From Somniosus microcephalus (taxonomy: Eukaryota): DNA of 64,000 nt. A program made the translations under genes and the position numbers. The DNA is taken from assembly GCA_052327205.1 (NCBI GenBank), contig CM126215.1, forward strand, positions 107,694,001 to 107,758,000, in the 5' to 3' direction. The first letter of the stretch is position 1, and the number at the start of each line of letters is the position of its first letter. Below the pieces are notes generated by a model that was not told the DNA's origin, ran no database searches, and saw only the letters and a list, made by a program, of their open reading frames with translations. Positions 38,875-50,841 of the stretch are shown here, piece by piece.

Positions 38875-39295
38875 GCCAGCTTGGCTCAGTTGGTAGTATT
38901 TTTACCTCCAAGTCATAAGATTGTGGGTTCATTCTCTACTTCAGGACATGACTATATAATCTAGGCTGACAGTTCAGTACAGCCCTGAGGGAGTGCTGCA
39001 TTGTTGGAAGTACCGTCTTTTGGTTGAGACGTTAAACCAACGCTCTTTCTTTCCATTCAGCTGGATGTAAAAGATCCTATGGCACTATTCAAGAAGAGTA
39101 GGTATTTCTCTTGACGTACTAGACAATAATCTGCCCTCAATCATCACCACTAAAAGCAGGTTAGCTGGTCAATCATCTCATCTGCTGCTTGTGGGAATTG
39201 ATTGCCGTATTTTCCTACAAGACAGCAGCGACTACACTTCAAAAACACTTGGGGCATCCTGAGGACATGATAAGGAACTATATAAATGCAAGTTT
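38875..39295 (+). mobile_element. tRNA-derived Deu-domain SINE (SacSINE1/AmnSINE1-like)
   Basis: Pol III A-box TGGCTCAGTTGG and B-box-like GGGTTCA; core GTAAAAGATCC.ATGGCACTATTC.AAGAAGAG; L2-like tail CTATATAAATGCAAGT. Confidence 0.75.
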
Positions 39296-41138
39296 GTTCT
39301 TAATTTGTTTCTGTTTCTGCCTTTGTTCAGAAATTAGGAAAACCAGCTGGGGCAGATATTTCTGATTGAAAATGCTGACAGGTCTAGCCAGTTATGTATA
39401 TTGGTCATCACGGGCACGGAAACAATGAGATTCCCTTAAAGATGCAGATGGCCAAGTTGTTTTTAAATCGCATTTATCCTATCTATCTAAAACTATATGA
39501 AATAAAGTACAGAAATCTTATTTTGTAACAGTTACCTTTATGAAAAATATAACTAAAAGCTAGAATATAAATCACTGGTCAATCAAGAGTGTTCCAGCCC
39601 TCAGAATACACTTTCGACAAACATGGAAGAATCTAGAATATGTGCTCTCGGTCTGGGCATCCTTTACTAATATCTTATAACAGCCGTGAGAATATCTTGG
39701 TGAGACACCCTGCCGTATACCATGACTGCTCAGATAATAGCTCACAGTTATAAAGCCATGAGGGAGCCCTTCAAGAAAGTGTTCTCAATCTGGAAGTAAA
39801 TGCCTCCAAACTCATAACAGAAATCAAAACAGCCCACCGCAAAAAGCTCAAATCACTGCAGATACAACATGTGGCAATGGGAGACTTTTAAGTATCAAAA
39901 CCAGCCAGTTTATTTTTCCTTAAAGTTTAAAGCTGAAAGTGACTTAATATGGACACGGTATGATTTCTGTTTATTATTGTGTTTTGGAAACTTTATTGTG
40001 TGGTAAACGCCTTCATATGTTCACTCCGCTGTATAAAAACTTTAATTTAGCACATTTGTTAAAAACCCAACCATTTTTGTAACAGAATACCTGGAATAAA
40101 GTAAACATGAGACAGCAGTGATTAAAATGAAACACAGCCATCCTGCTATATCAGGCCGCAAGTGGATTAGTTCCATCAATACAGAGACAAACAATGTGTG
40201 TTAGCGAATTAGGCATGAGAAAATTAAAAACAGCAACACAACCTCGTGGCTGAAGCAGTATAAACTGCTCGAGTGTTACTTTCAAATGTGAGAGAGAAAA
40301 ATAAAGAGGAAGGGCTTGTTGTATCGGTACCTACGCAGCCAGCAGAATTAAAAGAGACTGCTGTCTCCTCATCACACACTGCGCAGCTACAAAAGGAGCT
40401 CCTCACATATGTGTACACACGTAGGGGCAGAGCTCTGTTCAATGGTAAAGCTTCAAAGTTAAGACAGTGCAGGTGGGACCATCAGATCTATTTAACGTTG
40501 AAGACATTTAGCTTTAAGTTTGATAAAGTTCCCATGCAGTCCTATTGGTTTAATTAGACCAGCAGTCAGATTATCTCCAGACTCCCGATTTATACTAACC
40601 CCTCAGCATTGACATGTATCCAAAACTGTTTCCCCTCGACAGGAAAGTGGTAGACTTACTGGCCCATTAACAACCATGACTAATGAATATTCTCTTGCAA
40701 TGAACTACACTCTGCCAGGGTTCCTCTGGCAAGATGACCAGTTTCAGTGACCTCTTAGAAAATCGATTATGTAAACTGTCAGCCCAGTGAGCCACAGCAG
40801 AACTGAATACAGTATTGTCAGTAATTTAAAAGTTGTGTTTTGCTTAACAGGTTCCAAAGGCAAGTGTAAAATCGGATTAGAGTAAGTTTCAAAATTGCAA
40901 CCGTTTTCAATGTTATGTGCACAGGAATGTAGTGAGCTAGATCTTTATAATCCATTCATGACTCTGATCTTCGCCCATCCATCCAGAAAGACCCCAGATA
41001 TTCCCAGCATGGCATCTAATTGTTTCTCAAATGATTTCAGGGTTTTTGCTTCCATTGCTCTATTTGGAGCGCTTGGATGATCTGGCCAGACTCAGTTATG
41101 TATAATGTAAACTGCAACAGACCTTTGACTAGACAGTT

Positions 41139-41759
41139 CTCCTTCTTAGGCAGTCCCTCGGAACCAAGGATGACTTGCTTCCACATTAAAAATGAGTTCG
41201 TAGGTGACTGATTAGTCCAATGCGGGACCTACAGTCTCTGTCACAGGTGGGGCAGAAGGTGGTTGAAGGGGCGGGTGGGTGGGGTGCTTGGGTTGACATG
41301 CGCTCCTTGCGCTGCCTGCGCTTGGTTTCCGCTTGCTCCCGGCGAAGGGACTCGAGGTGTTCGGCGCCTTCCCGAATGCTTCTCCTCCACATTGTGCGGT
41401 CTTGGCCAGGGATTCCCAGGTGTCAGTGAGGATGTTACACTTTTCCAAGGAGGCTTTGAGGGTGTCCTTGAGGCGTTTCCTCTGCCCACCTGGGGCTCTC
41501 TTGCCGTGCCGGAGCTCCGAGTAGAGCGCTTGTTTTGGGAGTCTCGTATCGGGCATGCGGACAATGTGACCCGTCCATCGGAGCTGATTGAGCGTGGTCA
41601 AAGCTTCGATGCTGGGGATGTTGGCCTGAGCAAGAACACTGACGTTGGTGCGCCTATCCTGCCAATGGATTTGCAGGGTCTTGCGGAGGCAGCGTTGGTG
41701 GTACCTCTCCAGTGCTTTGAGGTGCCTACTGTACATGGTCCATGTCTCTGAGGCATACA
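41139..41759 (-). mobile_element. RTE-clade (BovB-like) LINE 3' fragment
   Basis: YASETWT...LRWTGHIVRMPDTRLPKQALYSEL..GKRAPGGQRKR.KDTLKASL and terminal C2H2 finger; one frameshift. Confidence 0.85.
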
Positions 41760-42029
41760 CCAGACAGTATGCTCTATTTAATCAACTGGTGTCGAGATAA
41801 ACTGAAGGAGATAAGCTGATATTACCGTACTCACTTATCATATGGTGTGATTACATTGCGATTGGAACTACATTTGCCTCACTATTTTTATCAACTTTAC
41901 TAAAATACTTGCTTATCTTTTAGTTTTCAGTTTTGATGAAGGGTATGCATCTGAAATGCTAACTTACCATATGGTGTAATCACATTGTGACTGGAACTAC
42001 TTTTCCATTTTTGATCACTAAAGTAAACT

Positions 42030-42320
42030 GAATCTCCGTTCCTCAAACTCTGGACTTTTTTGAATACCACCCTCCATTCGCTCCACCATTGGCAGCCGTG
42101 CCTTCGGCCACTTAAGTCCCACTTTTTGGAATCCCCCCTCAAAACTCCTCTGCATCGCCACCTCCCCCTCCTTTAAGACAGTACTTAAAACCTAACTCTT
42201 TGACCAATATTTTGGTCATCCTTTCGAATATAACTTTCTTTGCCCAGGCATTTTTTTTTTAATATACCTCTGTGAAGCACTTTGGGACATTTTCTACATC
42301 ACTGGTGCTATATAAATACA
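42030..42320 (+). mobile_element. L2 LINE 3' end fragment
   Basis: TIG.RAF...P..WN.LP-like degraded coding followed by TGTGAAGCACTTTGGGAC...GCTATATAAAT L2-type tail. Confidence 0.65.
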
Positions 42321-42324
42321 TATT

Positions 42325-44408
42325 ACATAAGAACATAAGAACATAAGAAATAGGAGCAGGAGTAGGCCAATCGGCCCCTCGAGCCTGCTCTGCCATTCAA
42401 TAAGATCATGGCTGATCTGATCCTAACTGCCAATCCCCTATCACAGAACCATCTCCTGCATCTAACAGAATTAGACACACGAAATAGGAGCAGGATCAGG
42501 CTACACGGCCCCTGGGCCCGCTCCGCTACCCACAGGGCCATGACCGATCCGAACCTAGACGCATGTCCAAATTCCTGCCCGCTCCCCGTAACCCTTAATT
42601 CCCTTTACTTCTAGGAAACTGTCTATTTCTGTTTTAAATTTATGTAATGATGTAGCTTCTACAGTTTTTTGGGGCAGCATATTCCATGGACCTACCACCC
42701 TCTGAGTGAAGTAGTTCCTCCTCATCTCAGTTTTGAAAGAGCAGCCCCTTATTCTAAGACTATGCCCCCTAGTTCTAGTTTCATCCATCATCGGTAACAT
42801 CTTCCCCACATCCACCCGATCCAACCCCTTCACAATCTTATATGTTTCAATAAGATCGCCTCTCATTCTTCTGAACTCCAATGAGTAGAGTCCCAATCTA
42901 CTCAACCTCTCCTCATATGTCCATCCCCTCATCCCCGGGATTAACCGAGTGAACCTTCTTTGTACTGACTCGAGAGCAAGTATGTCCTTTCTTAAGTATG
43001 GACACCAAAACTGTACGCAGTATTCCAGGTGCGGTCTCACCAATACCTTGTACAACTGAAGCAATACCTCCCTATTTTTATATTCTATCCCCCTAGCAAT
43101 GAAAGCCAACATTCCATTGGCCTTCTTAATCACTTGCTGCACCTGCATACTAACCTTTTGAGTTTCGTGCACCAGGACCCCCAGATCCCTTTGTACTTCA
43201 GTACTTTCCAGTTTCTTGCCATTAAGATAATAACTTGCTCTACGATTTTTCCTGCCAAAGTGCATAACCTCACACTTTCCAGTATTGTATTCCATCTGCC
43301 AAATCTCTGCCCACTTACTTAGCCTGTCTATGTCCCCTTGAAGGTTTTTTATGTCCTCCTCACTCACTACTTTCCCCCCCATCTTAGTATCATCTGCAAA
43401 CTTTGATATGTTACACTCGGTCCCCTCCTCCAAATCGTTAATATAGATTGTAAAGAGTTGGGGACCCAGCACTGACCCCTGTGGAACACCACTAGTTACT
43501 GATTGCCAGTCTGAGAATGAACCATTTATCCCAACTCTCTGCCTTCTGTTAGATAGCCAATCCTCTATCCATGCCAGAATATTACCCCCAATCCCGTGAT
43601 TTTTTATCTTAAGCAATAATCTTTTGTGTGGCACCTTGTCAAATGCCTTTTGGAAGTCTAAATACACTACGTCCACTGGTTCCCCTTTATCCACCCTATA
43701 TGTTACTTCCTCAAAGAACTCCAGCAAATTTGTCAAACATGACTTCCCCTTCATAAAACCATGCTGACTTTGTCCTATTAAATTATGATTATCCAAATGT
43801 CCTGTTACTGTCTCCTTAATAATGGACTCCAATATTTTACCTACCACAGATGTTAGGCTAACCAGTCTATAGTTTCCAGCCTTCTGTCTACTGCCCTTTT
43901 TAAATAAGGGTGTTACATTAGCAGTTTTCCAGTCTGCCGGGACCATTGCCGAGTCCAGGGAGTTTTGGAAAATTATTACCAATGCATCCACAATCCCTAC
44001 CGCCACTTCCCTCAAGACCCTAGGATGTAAGCCATCAGGTCCAGGCGATTTATCCGCCTTGAGTCCCATTATTTTACCGAGTACCACTTCCTTCGTGATT
44101 TTGATCGTGTTTAGCTCCTCCCCCCCCTTTAGCCCCCTGTTTGTCCAGTGTTGGGATATTCTTAGTGTCTTCTACTGTAAAGACTGATGTAAAATATTCA
44201 TTCAGTGTTTTTGCCATCTCCATATTTCCCACCATTAATTTCCCGGTCTCATCCTCTAAGGGACCAACATTTACTTTAGCCACCCTTTTCCTTTTTATAT
44301 AACTATAAAAACTCTTACTATCTGTTTTTATATTTTTTGCTAATTTACTTTCATAATCTATCTTCCCTTTCTTAATCAATCTTTTTGTTATTTTTTGCTG
44401 TCTTTTAA
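42325..44408 (-). mobile_element. 5'-truncated CR1 LINE subfamily B
   Basis: Near-identical to 8650-11042; TTCTTATG tail at 42325. Confidence 0.95.
42555..44087 (-). pseudogene. CR1 reverse transcriptase domain, uninterrupted 510-aa segment of a truncated ORF2
   Basis: [42 protein letters not shown]; no endonuclease or promoter upstream. Confidence 0.9.
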
Positions 44409-44959
44409 TTGTTGTTATTAAGACCCGTCAAAATGGGCCTCCATCCCTTTTTCCTGAGCTTATTGTTCCTCGGAGTCCAGGGTCAGGAAAATCAGCCGTA
44501 AAGTCTCCTCCAGCTATTTGATGTTCAATGCACTGGTGTAGTTAATCTACAGCCTAATGACATCCAAGTACAGCAGCACATTTTAGAAACACAATTACGA
44601 AGCTACTGAATAAAACCAAAGCCTTCAAAAACAGACTATCTGTTCAGCCATTTGTTTGTCTTGGGATCTTGCTATGTGCAAATTGGATGACAAGTTTGCC
44701 TACAGTGACAGTACTTCAAAAGTTACCCATTGTAGAGCATTTTGGGATCTCTAGAGGACCTGAAAAGGCATCATGTAAATTAAAGTTCATTTTCTTCATG
44801 CTTTCCTTAAAATACTTCTGTGTTCGTACGGCAGCAATCAGTGTATGCTTACCTTTCAATTATCTAGATATTAAGCAGCGCCACTGAGCAAAGCATCAGT
44901 GGTACGCCGGACTGCCAAGTCGGAAAAGTCAGCTGATTTGTCAATTCTTATTTTGAAGA

Positions 44960-45225
44960 TGATCAGGGGAGTTCTCCCCAGTGCCATGGTCAATATTTAT
45001 CTATCAACCAACAATACTAAAAAACAGATTATCTGGCCAGTACCTCATAGCTGTTTGTGGGAGCTTGCTGTGCGCAAATTGGCTGCCGCGTTTCCTACAT
45101 TACAACAGTGACTACACTTTGATGCGCTATCAGTGGTTTACCACACACTTTAAAAGTGTTTCATTGGCTGTAATGTGCTTTGGGACATCCTGAGGCTGTG
45201 AAAGGCGCTGTATAAATGCAAGTCT
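44960..45225 (+). mobile_element. Deu-type SINE 3' half
   Basis: GCTGTTTGTGGGAGCTTGCTGTGCGCAAATTGGCTGCCGCGTTTCCTACATTACAACAGTGACTACACTT and tail TATAAATGCAAGTC; related fragments at 44620-44790 (+) and 59735-59840 (-). Confidence 0.7.
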
Positions 45226-45227
45226 AT

Positions 45228-45930
45228 GGGGGAAAAATTCGGTTGGTTAGCGCCTCCCGTTAGTGCCTCCATGCGTGGCGATTTTAGCGCCACCCACGAA
45301 ATTCAACTGGCTGTTTGTGGTGGCACTAAACACTACTGCCATGATCGTGACATCATCCAAGCGCGCATCGCCTCAGACCGGAAATTGATTCTCGCCCCCT
45401 GCCTCAGCACCTGGCGCTAGGAATGACAGAGGGGGATGGTTTGCAGTCGGCTGGGAGCTGGGGGAGTGCTATTTAAAGGAGTGTGCGTCCTGTTTTTTCC
45501 ACAGCCACAACTAGAGCCTCCAATGCCTGGTCGCTGAACCGGCGAGCTCTCTCCCTGGGCCTCTGAGCAGCCATGTTATTCCTGGTTGAAGAATTGCACC
45601 TCCTTGCAGGCCCAGGTCACAAGCAGCAATGATCAGGGTGAGGCTGTGCAGCATGATGGACCCTCCCCTTTAAGAACTGGAAGGCGCCAGTCTGTCTGAG
45701 TACTCGGTAATTGACAGTGCCTGAGCTTAAGTAGCGCTCGGAGGTAGTGCCCCATTCTCCAACGTTAGCGCCCTAAGAGAAGTGTGTGGTGCTTGATTTA
45801 GTGCTCCAATCACCTCCAGGGGCGCTGGAGACGAATTTCGCGGTTGCCGGCGCTAATTTGCGCCGGGCACTAAAGTTTGCGGCCGGCCAATGTTAGCACC
45901 CCAAAATGGTCGATACCAGACTTTTCCCTC
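45228..45930. mobile_element. Harbinger MITE (~700 bp), inverted relative to 31475/60322, inserted in the SINE tail
   Basis: Left GGGGGAAAAATTCGG; right arm is the reverse complement of the 30187/31475 left arms; TSD not clean. Confidence 0.7.
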
Positions 45931-46420
45931 TTTCTTTCTTTTTACAGATTACTGAACTTCCACCAGAAACACTGATTTGAATCTCATCCTTCGACAAATT
46001 GCAGGGTTAGGCGGTATAATTGCATGTTGATTTTGCTTGGATTGAATTGCTTGATGAGTGATTAAATGAATATTAACATGAGATTTCCATACTGGTTATT
46101 TTCAGATTTGTTTTATTGATCTGACCCATAAATGTTCTTTGGCTAGTCTTATGTTTATCCGGATTAGGTTGTCATTTTCCCATATGGTTTAAAGTAGGAA
46201 ACGTGTCTTCTAGTTACTGCTATAAATAACAGTCACCTTTAGATATTTTGGGAGCGATTTTAACCCTACTGGCTCAGCAGAAACCTGGCGGGTGGGCAGT
46301 TAAAATCTCCCTGGCTCTGACCAGTCCGAAAGCCGCCATGATCACAACATCTGCAATTTTAACCTGCTCTCCTGAGCAGGCAGCAAGGACGCGCGCCCAG
46401 AGCCAACAGGGTCCTTCTTT

Positions 46421-46708
46421 ACAGCGGCTGGACCTGGGAGGCGAGCAGCGAGGCCCGACCACAGCGGCTGGACCTGGGAGGCGAGCAGCGAGGTGGAGCA
46501 TAAAAGGAGCAGCGAGGCCCGACCACAGCGGCTGGACCTGGGAGGCAAGCAGCGAGGCCCGACCACAGCGGCTGGACCTGGGAGGCGAGCAGCGAGGCGG
46601 AGCATAAAAGGAGCAGTGAGCAGCGAGGCCCGACCACAGCGGCTGGACCTGGGAGGCGAGCAGCGAGGCCCGGCCACAGCGGCTGGACCTGGGAGGCGAG
46701 CAGCGAGG
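46421..46708 (+). repeat. CR1 5'UTR tandem array: six ~40-bp monomers arranged as three dimers
   Basis: ACAGCGGCTGGACCTGGGAGGC(G/A)AGCAGCGAGG at 46421, 46461, 46525, 46565, 46636, 46676; dimers separated by GGAGCATAAAAGGAGCAG spacers. Confidence 0.95.
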
Positions 46709-46939
46709 CTTACCAATTCAGCAGCGGGGGAGAGAGGTAAAAAGTAATCAAAGTGTGACGTCACCAGGAAGCAGGTAAGTGATTGATTGGTGAGTATTTC
46801 TTTTTAAACTTTAACTCCGTGGTTTATAGTTGCTAAGGTCTCTCTGGTGTAACAGGGACTGTTGGTAAACCATTTAACTGTAGTGTAATTAGTGGGATTG
46901 ATTGATTTCATTTAAATTCAATTAATTAAAGGGTAAGTC

Positions 46940-47891
46940 ATGGCAGGACAGCCCGGCCACATGATATGCTCCTCCTGCGATATGTGGGAACTCAGAGACA
47001 CTTCCTGTGTCCCTGAAAACTACATGTGCAGGAAGTGCATCCAGCTGCAGCTACTGACAAACCGCATTGCGGCACTGGAGCTGCGACTGGATGCATACTG
47101 GAGCGTTCACGATGCTCAGGACATCGTGAATAGCACGTTTACAGAGTTGGACACACCGCAGGTACAGGTTGGACAGGAAGAAAGGGAATGGGTGACCAAC
47201 AGGCGGAGTACTAGGCGCAAGCCGGTAGTGCAGGGGTCCCCTGCGGACATCCCCCTCTCAAACAGATACACCACTTTGAGTGCTGTTGGGGGGGGATGGC
47301 TTATCAGAGGAAAGCAGCAGCAGCCAACTTCCTGGCACCAGGGGTGGCTCTGCTGCACAGGACGGGAGGAAAAAGAGGGGTAGAGCTATAGTAATAGGGG
47401 ATTCTATTGTAAGGGGAATAGATAGGCATTTCTGTGGCCACAAACGAGACTCCAGGATGGTGTGTTGCCTCCCTGGTGCAAGGGTCAAGGATGTCTCAGA
47501 GCGGCTGCAGAACATCTTGGAAGGGGAGGGTGAACATCCAGCTGTCGTGGTGCATATAGGCACCAACGATATAGGTAAAAAGCGGGATGAGGTCCTAAAA
47601 GCGGAATATAGGGAGTTAGGAGGTAAATTTAAAAATAGGACCTCAAAGGTAGTAATCTCAGGATTGCTACCAGTGCCACGTGCTAGTCAGAGTAGAAATA
47701 GAAGGATATTTCAGATGAATACGTGGCTAGAGGAATGGTGCAAGGGGGAGGGATTCAAGTTCATGGGACATTGGAACCGGTTCTGGGGGAGGTGGGACCA
47801 GTTCAAACCGGACGGTCTGCACCTGGGCAGGGCTGGAACCGATGTCCTAGGGGGAGTGTTTGCTAGTGCTCTGGGGGAGGGTTTAAACTAA
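46940..47891 (+). pseudogene. CR1 ORF1: N-terminal C4 zinc finger/leucine zipper plus SGNH esterase; frameshift in the G-run near 47290
   Basis: CSSC...CRKC then L-heptads; esterase blocks IVIGDS, LPGA, HIGTND, DGLH; ORFs 46940..47383 and 47280..47891. Confidence 0.9.
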
Positions 47892-50841
47892 AATGGCAGG
47901 GGGTTGGGAACCTGAGCAGGGAGACAGAGGAAAGGGAAACAAGGATAAAAGCAAAAGATAGGAAGGAGAAAAACAAAAGTGGCAGTCAGAGAAATCAGCG
48001 GTTTAAATCAAAAGTGGCCACATTAAATAATAATTCTAATAGGTTTAAGAGCGTTAAAAAAACAACCCTGCAGGCTTTCTGTCTTAATGCGAGGAGCATT
48101 CGTAATAAGGTGGATGAATTAGCTGCGCAAATAGAGGTAAACGAATATGATTTGGTTGGGATTACGGAAACGTAGCTCAAGGATGGCCAAGGCTGGGAAC
48201 TCAACATCCAGGGGTATTCAATATTCAGGAAAGATAGGCAAAAAGGAAAGGGAGGTGGGGTAGCATTGCTGGTTAAAGAGGGGATTAACACAATTGAAAG
48301 GAAGGATATTAGCTCTTATGATGTGGAATCTGTATGGGTAGAATTGAGAAATACTAAGGGGAAGAAAACATTAGTGGGAGTGGTATATAGACCTCCAAAC
48401 AGTAAGGCAGAGGTTGGGGGTGGCATTAAAAGGGAAATTAAAGAAGCGTGCAATAAGGGCACAGCAGTCATCATGGGTGACTTTAATCTACATATAGATT
48501 GGGCTAAGCAAATTAGTAACAATACTGTGGAGGAGGAATTCCTGGAGTGTTTACGGGATGGTTTCCTGGACCAATATGTCGAGGAACCAACCAGAGATCA
48601 GGCCATCTTAGACTGGGTATTATGTAACGAGAAAGGATTAATTAGCAATCGTGTTGTACGAGGCCCCTTGGGTCAGAGCGATCATAATATGATCGAATTC
48701 TTCACTAAGATGGAGAATGAAGTAGTTGACTCAGAGACAAGGGTCCTCAATTTAAATAAAGGAAACTACGATGGTCTGAGGAGCAAGTTGGGTAGGATTG
48801 ATTGGGGAATGTCACTCAAAGGGTTGACGGTGGATAGGCAATGGCAAATATTCAAAGGCCGAATGGATGATCTAAAGAATTTGTTCATCCCAGTTTGGCA
48901 TAAAAATAAAACAAAAAAGGTGACTCAACCGTGGCTAACAAGGGAAATTAGGGATAGCATAAGATCCAAGGAGAGGACATATAAATTGGCCAGAAAAAGC
49001 AATACTCCTGAGGATTGGGAGCAGTTTAAGATTCAACAATAGATTATGAGAGTAAGCTTTCAGGGTACATAAAAACTGACTGTAAAAGCTTTTATAGATA
49101 TGTGAAGAGAAAAAGATTGGTGAAGTCAAGCATATGTCCCTTGCAGTCAGAATCAGGGGAATTTATAATGGGGAACAAAGAAATGGCAGACCAACTAAAT
49201 ACATATTTTGGTTCTGTCTTCACAAAGGAGGACACAAATAACCTCCCAGAGATGCTGGGGAATATAAGGTCTGCTGAAAGGGTGGAACTGAAAGAAATCA
49301 GTATTTGTAGGGAAATACTGTTAGGAAAATTGATGGGACTGAAGGCCGATAAATCCCCAGGGCCTGATAATCTACATCCTAGGGTACTTAAGGAAGTGGC
49401 CCTAGAAATAGCAGATACATTGCTGGTCATCTTCCAGAACTCGATAGACTCTGGAACAGTACCCATGGATTGGAGGGTAGCTAATGTTACCCCACTATTC
49501 AAAAAAAGTGGTAAAGAGAAAGCGGGGAATTATAGACCGGTAAGCCTGACATCAGTAGTGGGGAAAATGCTAGAGTCCATTATAAAAGATGTAATAGCAG
49601 AGCACTTGGAAAGCAGTGACAGGATCGGACAAAGTCAACATGGATTTACAAAAGGTAAATCATGCTTGACTACTCTACTGGAATTTTTTGAGGATGTAAC
49701 TGGTAAAATAGATAAGGGAGAACCAGTGGATGTGGTGTATTTGGACTTTCAGAAGGCTTTCGATAAGGTCCCGCATAAGAGATTAGCGTGCAAAATTAAG
49801 GCACATGGGATTGGGGGCAAGGTATTGACTTGGATAGAGAACTGGTTGGCGGACAGAAAGCAAAGAGTTGGAATAAACGGGTCGTTTTCCAAGTGGCAGG
49901 CAGTGACTAGTGGGGTACCGCAAGGATCGGTCCTTGGACCCCAGCTATTCACAATATATATTAATGATCTGGACGAGGGAATTGGATGTAATATCTCCAA
50001 ATTTGCAGACGACACAAAGCTGGGTGGGAGGGTATGCTGTGAGGAGGATGTCGTGAAACTCCAGTACGATTTGGACAGGTTGGGTGATTGGGCAGAAACA
50101 TGGCAAATGCACTATAATGTGGATAAATGTGAGGTTATCCACTTTGGTGGCAAAAACAGGAAGGCAGATTATTTTTTGAATGGCAATAGATTGGGAGAAG
50201 GGGAAGTGCAAAGAGACCTGGGTATTCTTCTGCACCAGTCGCTGAAGGTAAGCATGCAGGTGCAGCAGGCGGTTAAGAAGGCAAATGGTATGTTGGCCTT
50301 CGTAGCAAGAGGGTTCGAGTACAGGAACAAGGATGTCTTGCTGCAGTTATGCAGGGCCTTGGTGAGACCGCACCTTGAGTATTGTGTGCAGTTTTGGTCG
50401 CCTTATCTGAGGAAGGACGTTCTTGCCATGGAAGGAGTGCAGCGAAGATTCACCAGGCTGATACCTGGGATAGCAGGAATGACGTATGAGGAGAGATTGT
50501 ATCGACTGGGCTTATACCCACTGGAGTTTAGAAGATTGAGAGGGGATCTCACCGAAACCTATAAAATTCTGTCAGGCCTGGACAGACTAGATGCAGGAAG
50601 GATGTTTCCGATGGCCGGGGTGTCCAGAACCAGGGGTCATAGTCTAAGGATAAGGGGTAAGCCATTTAGGACAGAAATGAGGAGGAATTTCTTCACCCAG
50701 AGAGTGGTGAACCTGTGGAATTCTCTGCCACAGAGGGCGGTGGAGGTCAGTTCATTAAATATATTCAAGAAGGAGTTGGATATATTTCTTAAGGCTAAAG
50801 GGATCAAGGGATATGGGGAGAAGGCAGGGACAGGGTACTGA
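47882..50841 (+). pseudogene. CR1 ORF2 (APE endonuclease + RT); RT segment 49102..50841 open for 579 aa
   Basis: -1 frame open from 47882 to NARSIRN; W>TAG near 48173; ORF 48266..49042; complete RT motifs. Confidence 0.9.

Noticed and set aside
38875-38950. tRNA gene
   Set aside because: A degenerate tRNA-like head that continues into a SINE core and L2-type tail; no intact cloverleaf.
46421-46708. Repeat-spacer pattern resembling a CRISPR array
   Set aside because: The spacers are themselves repeated, the context is a vertebrate LINE 5'UTR, and there are no cas genes.
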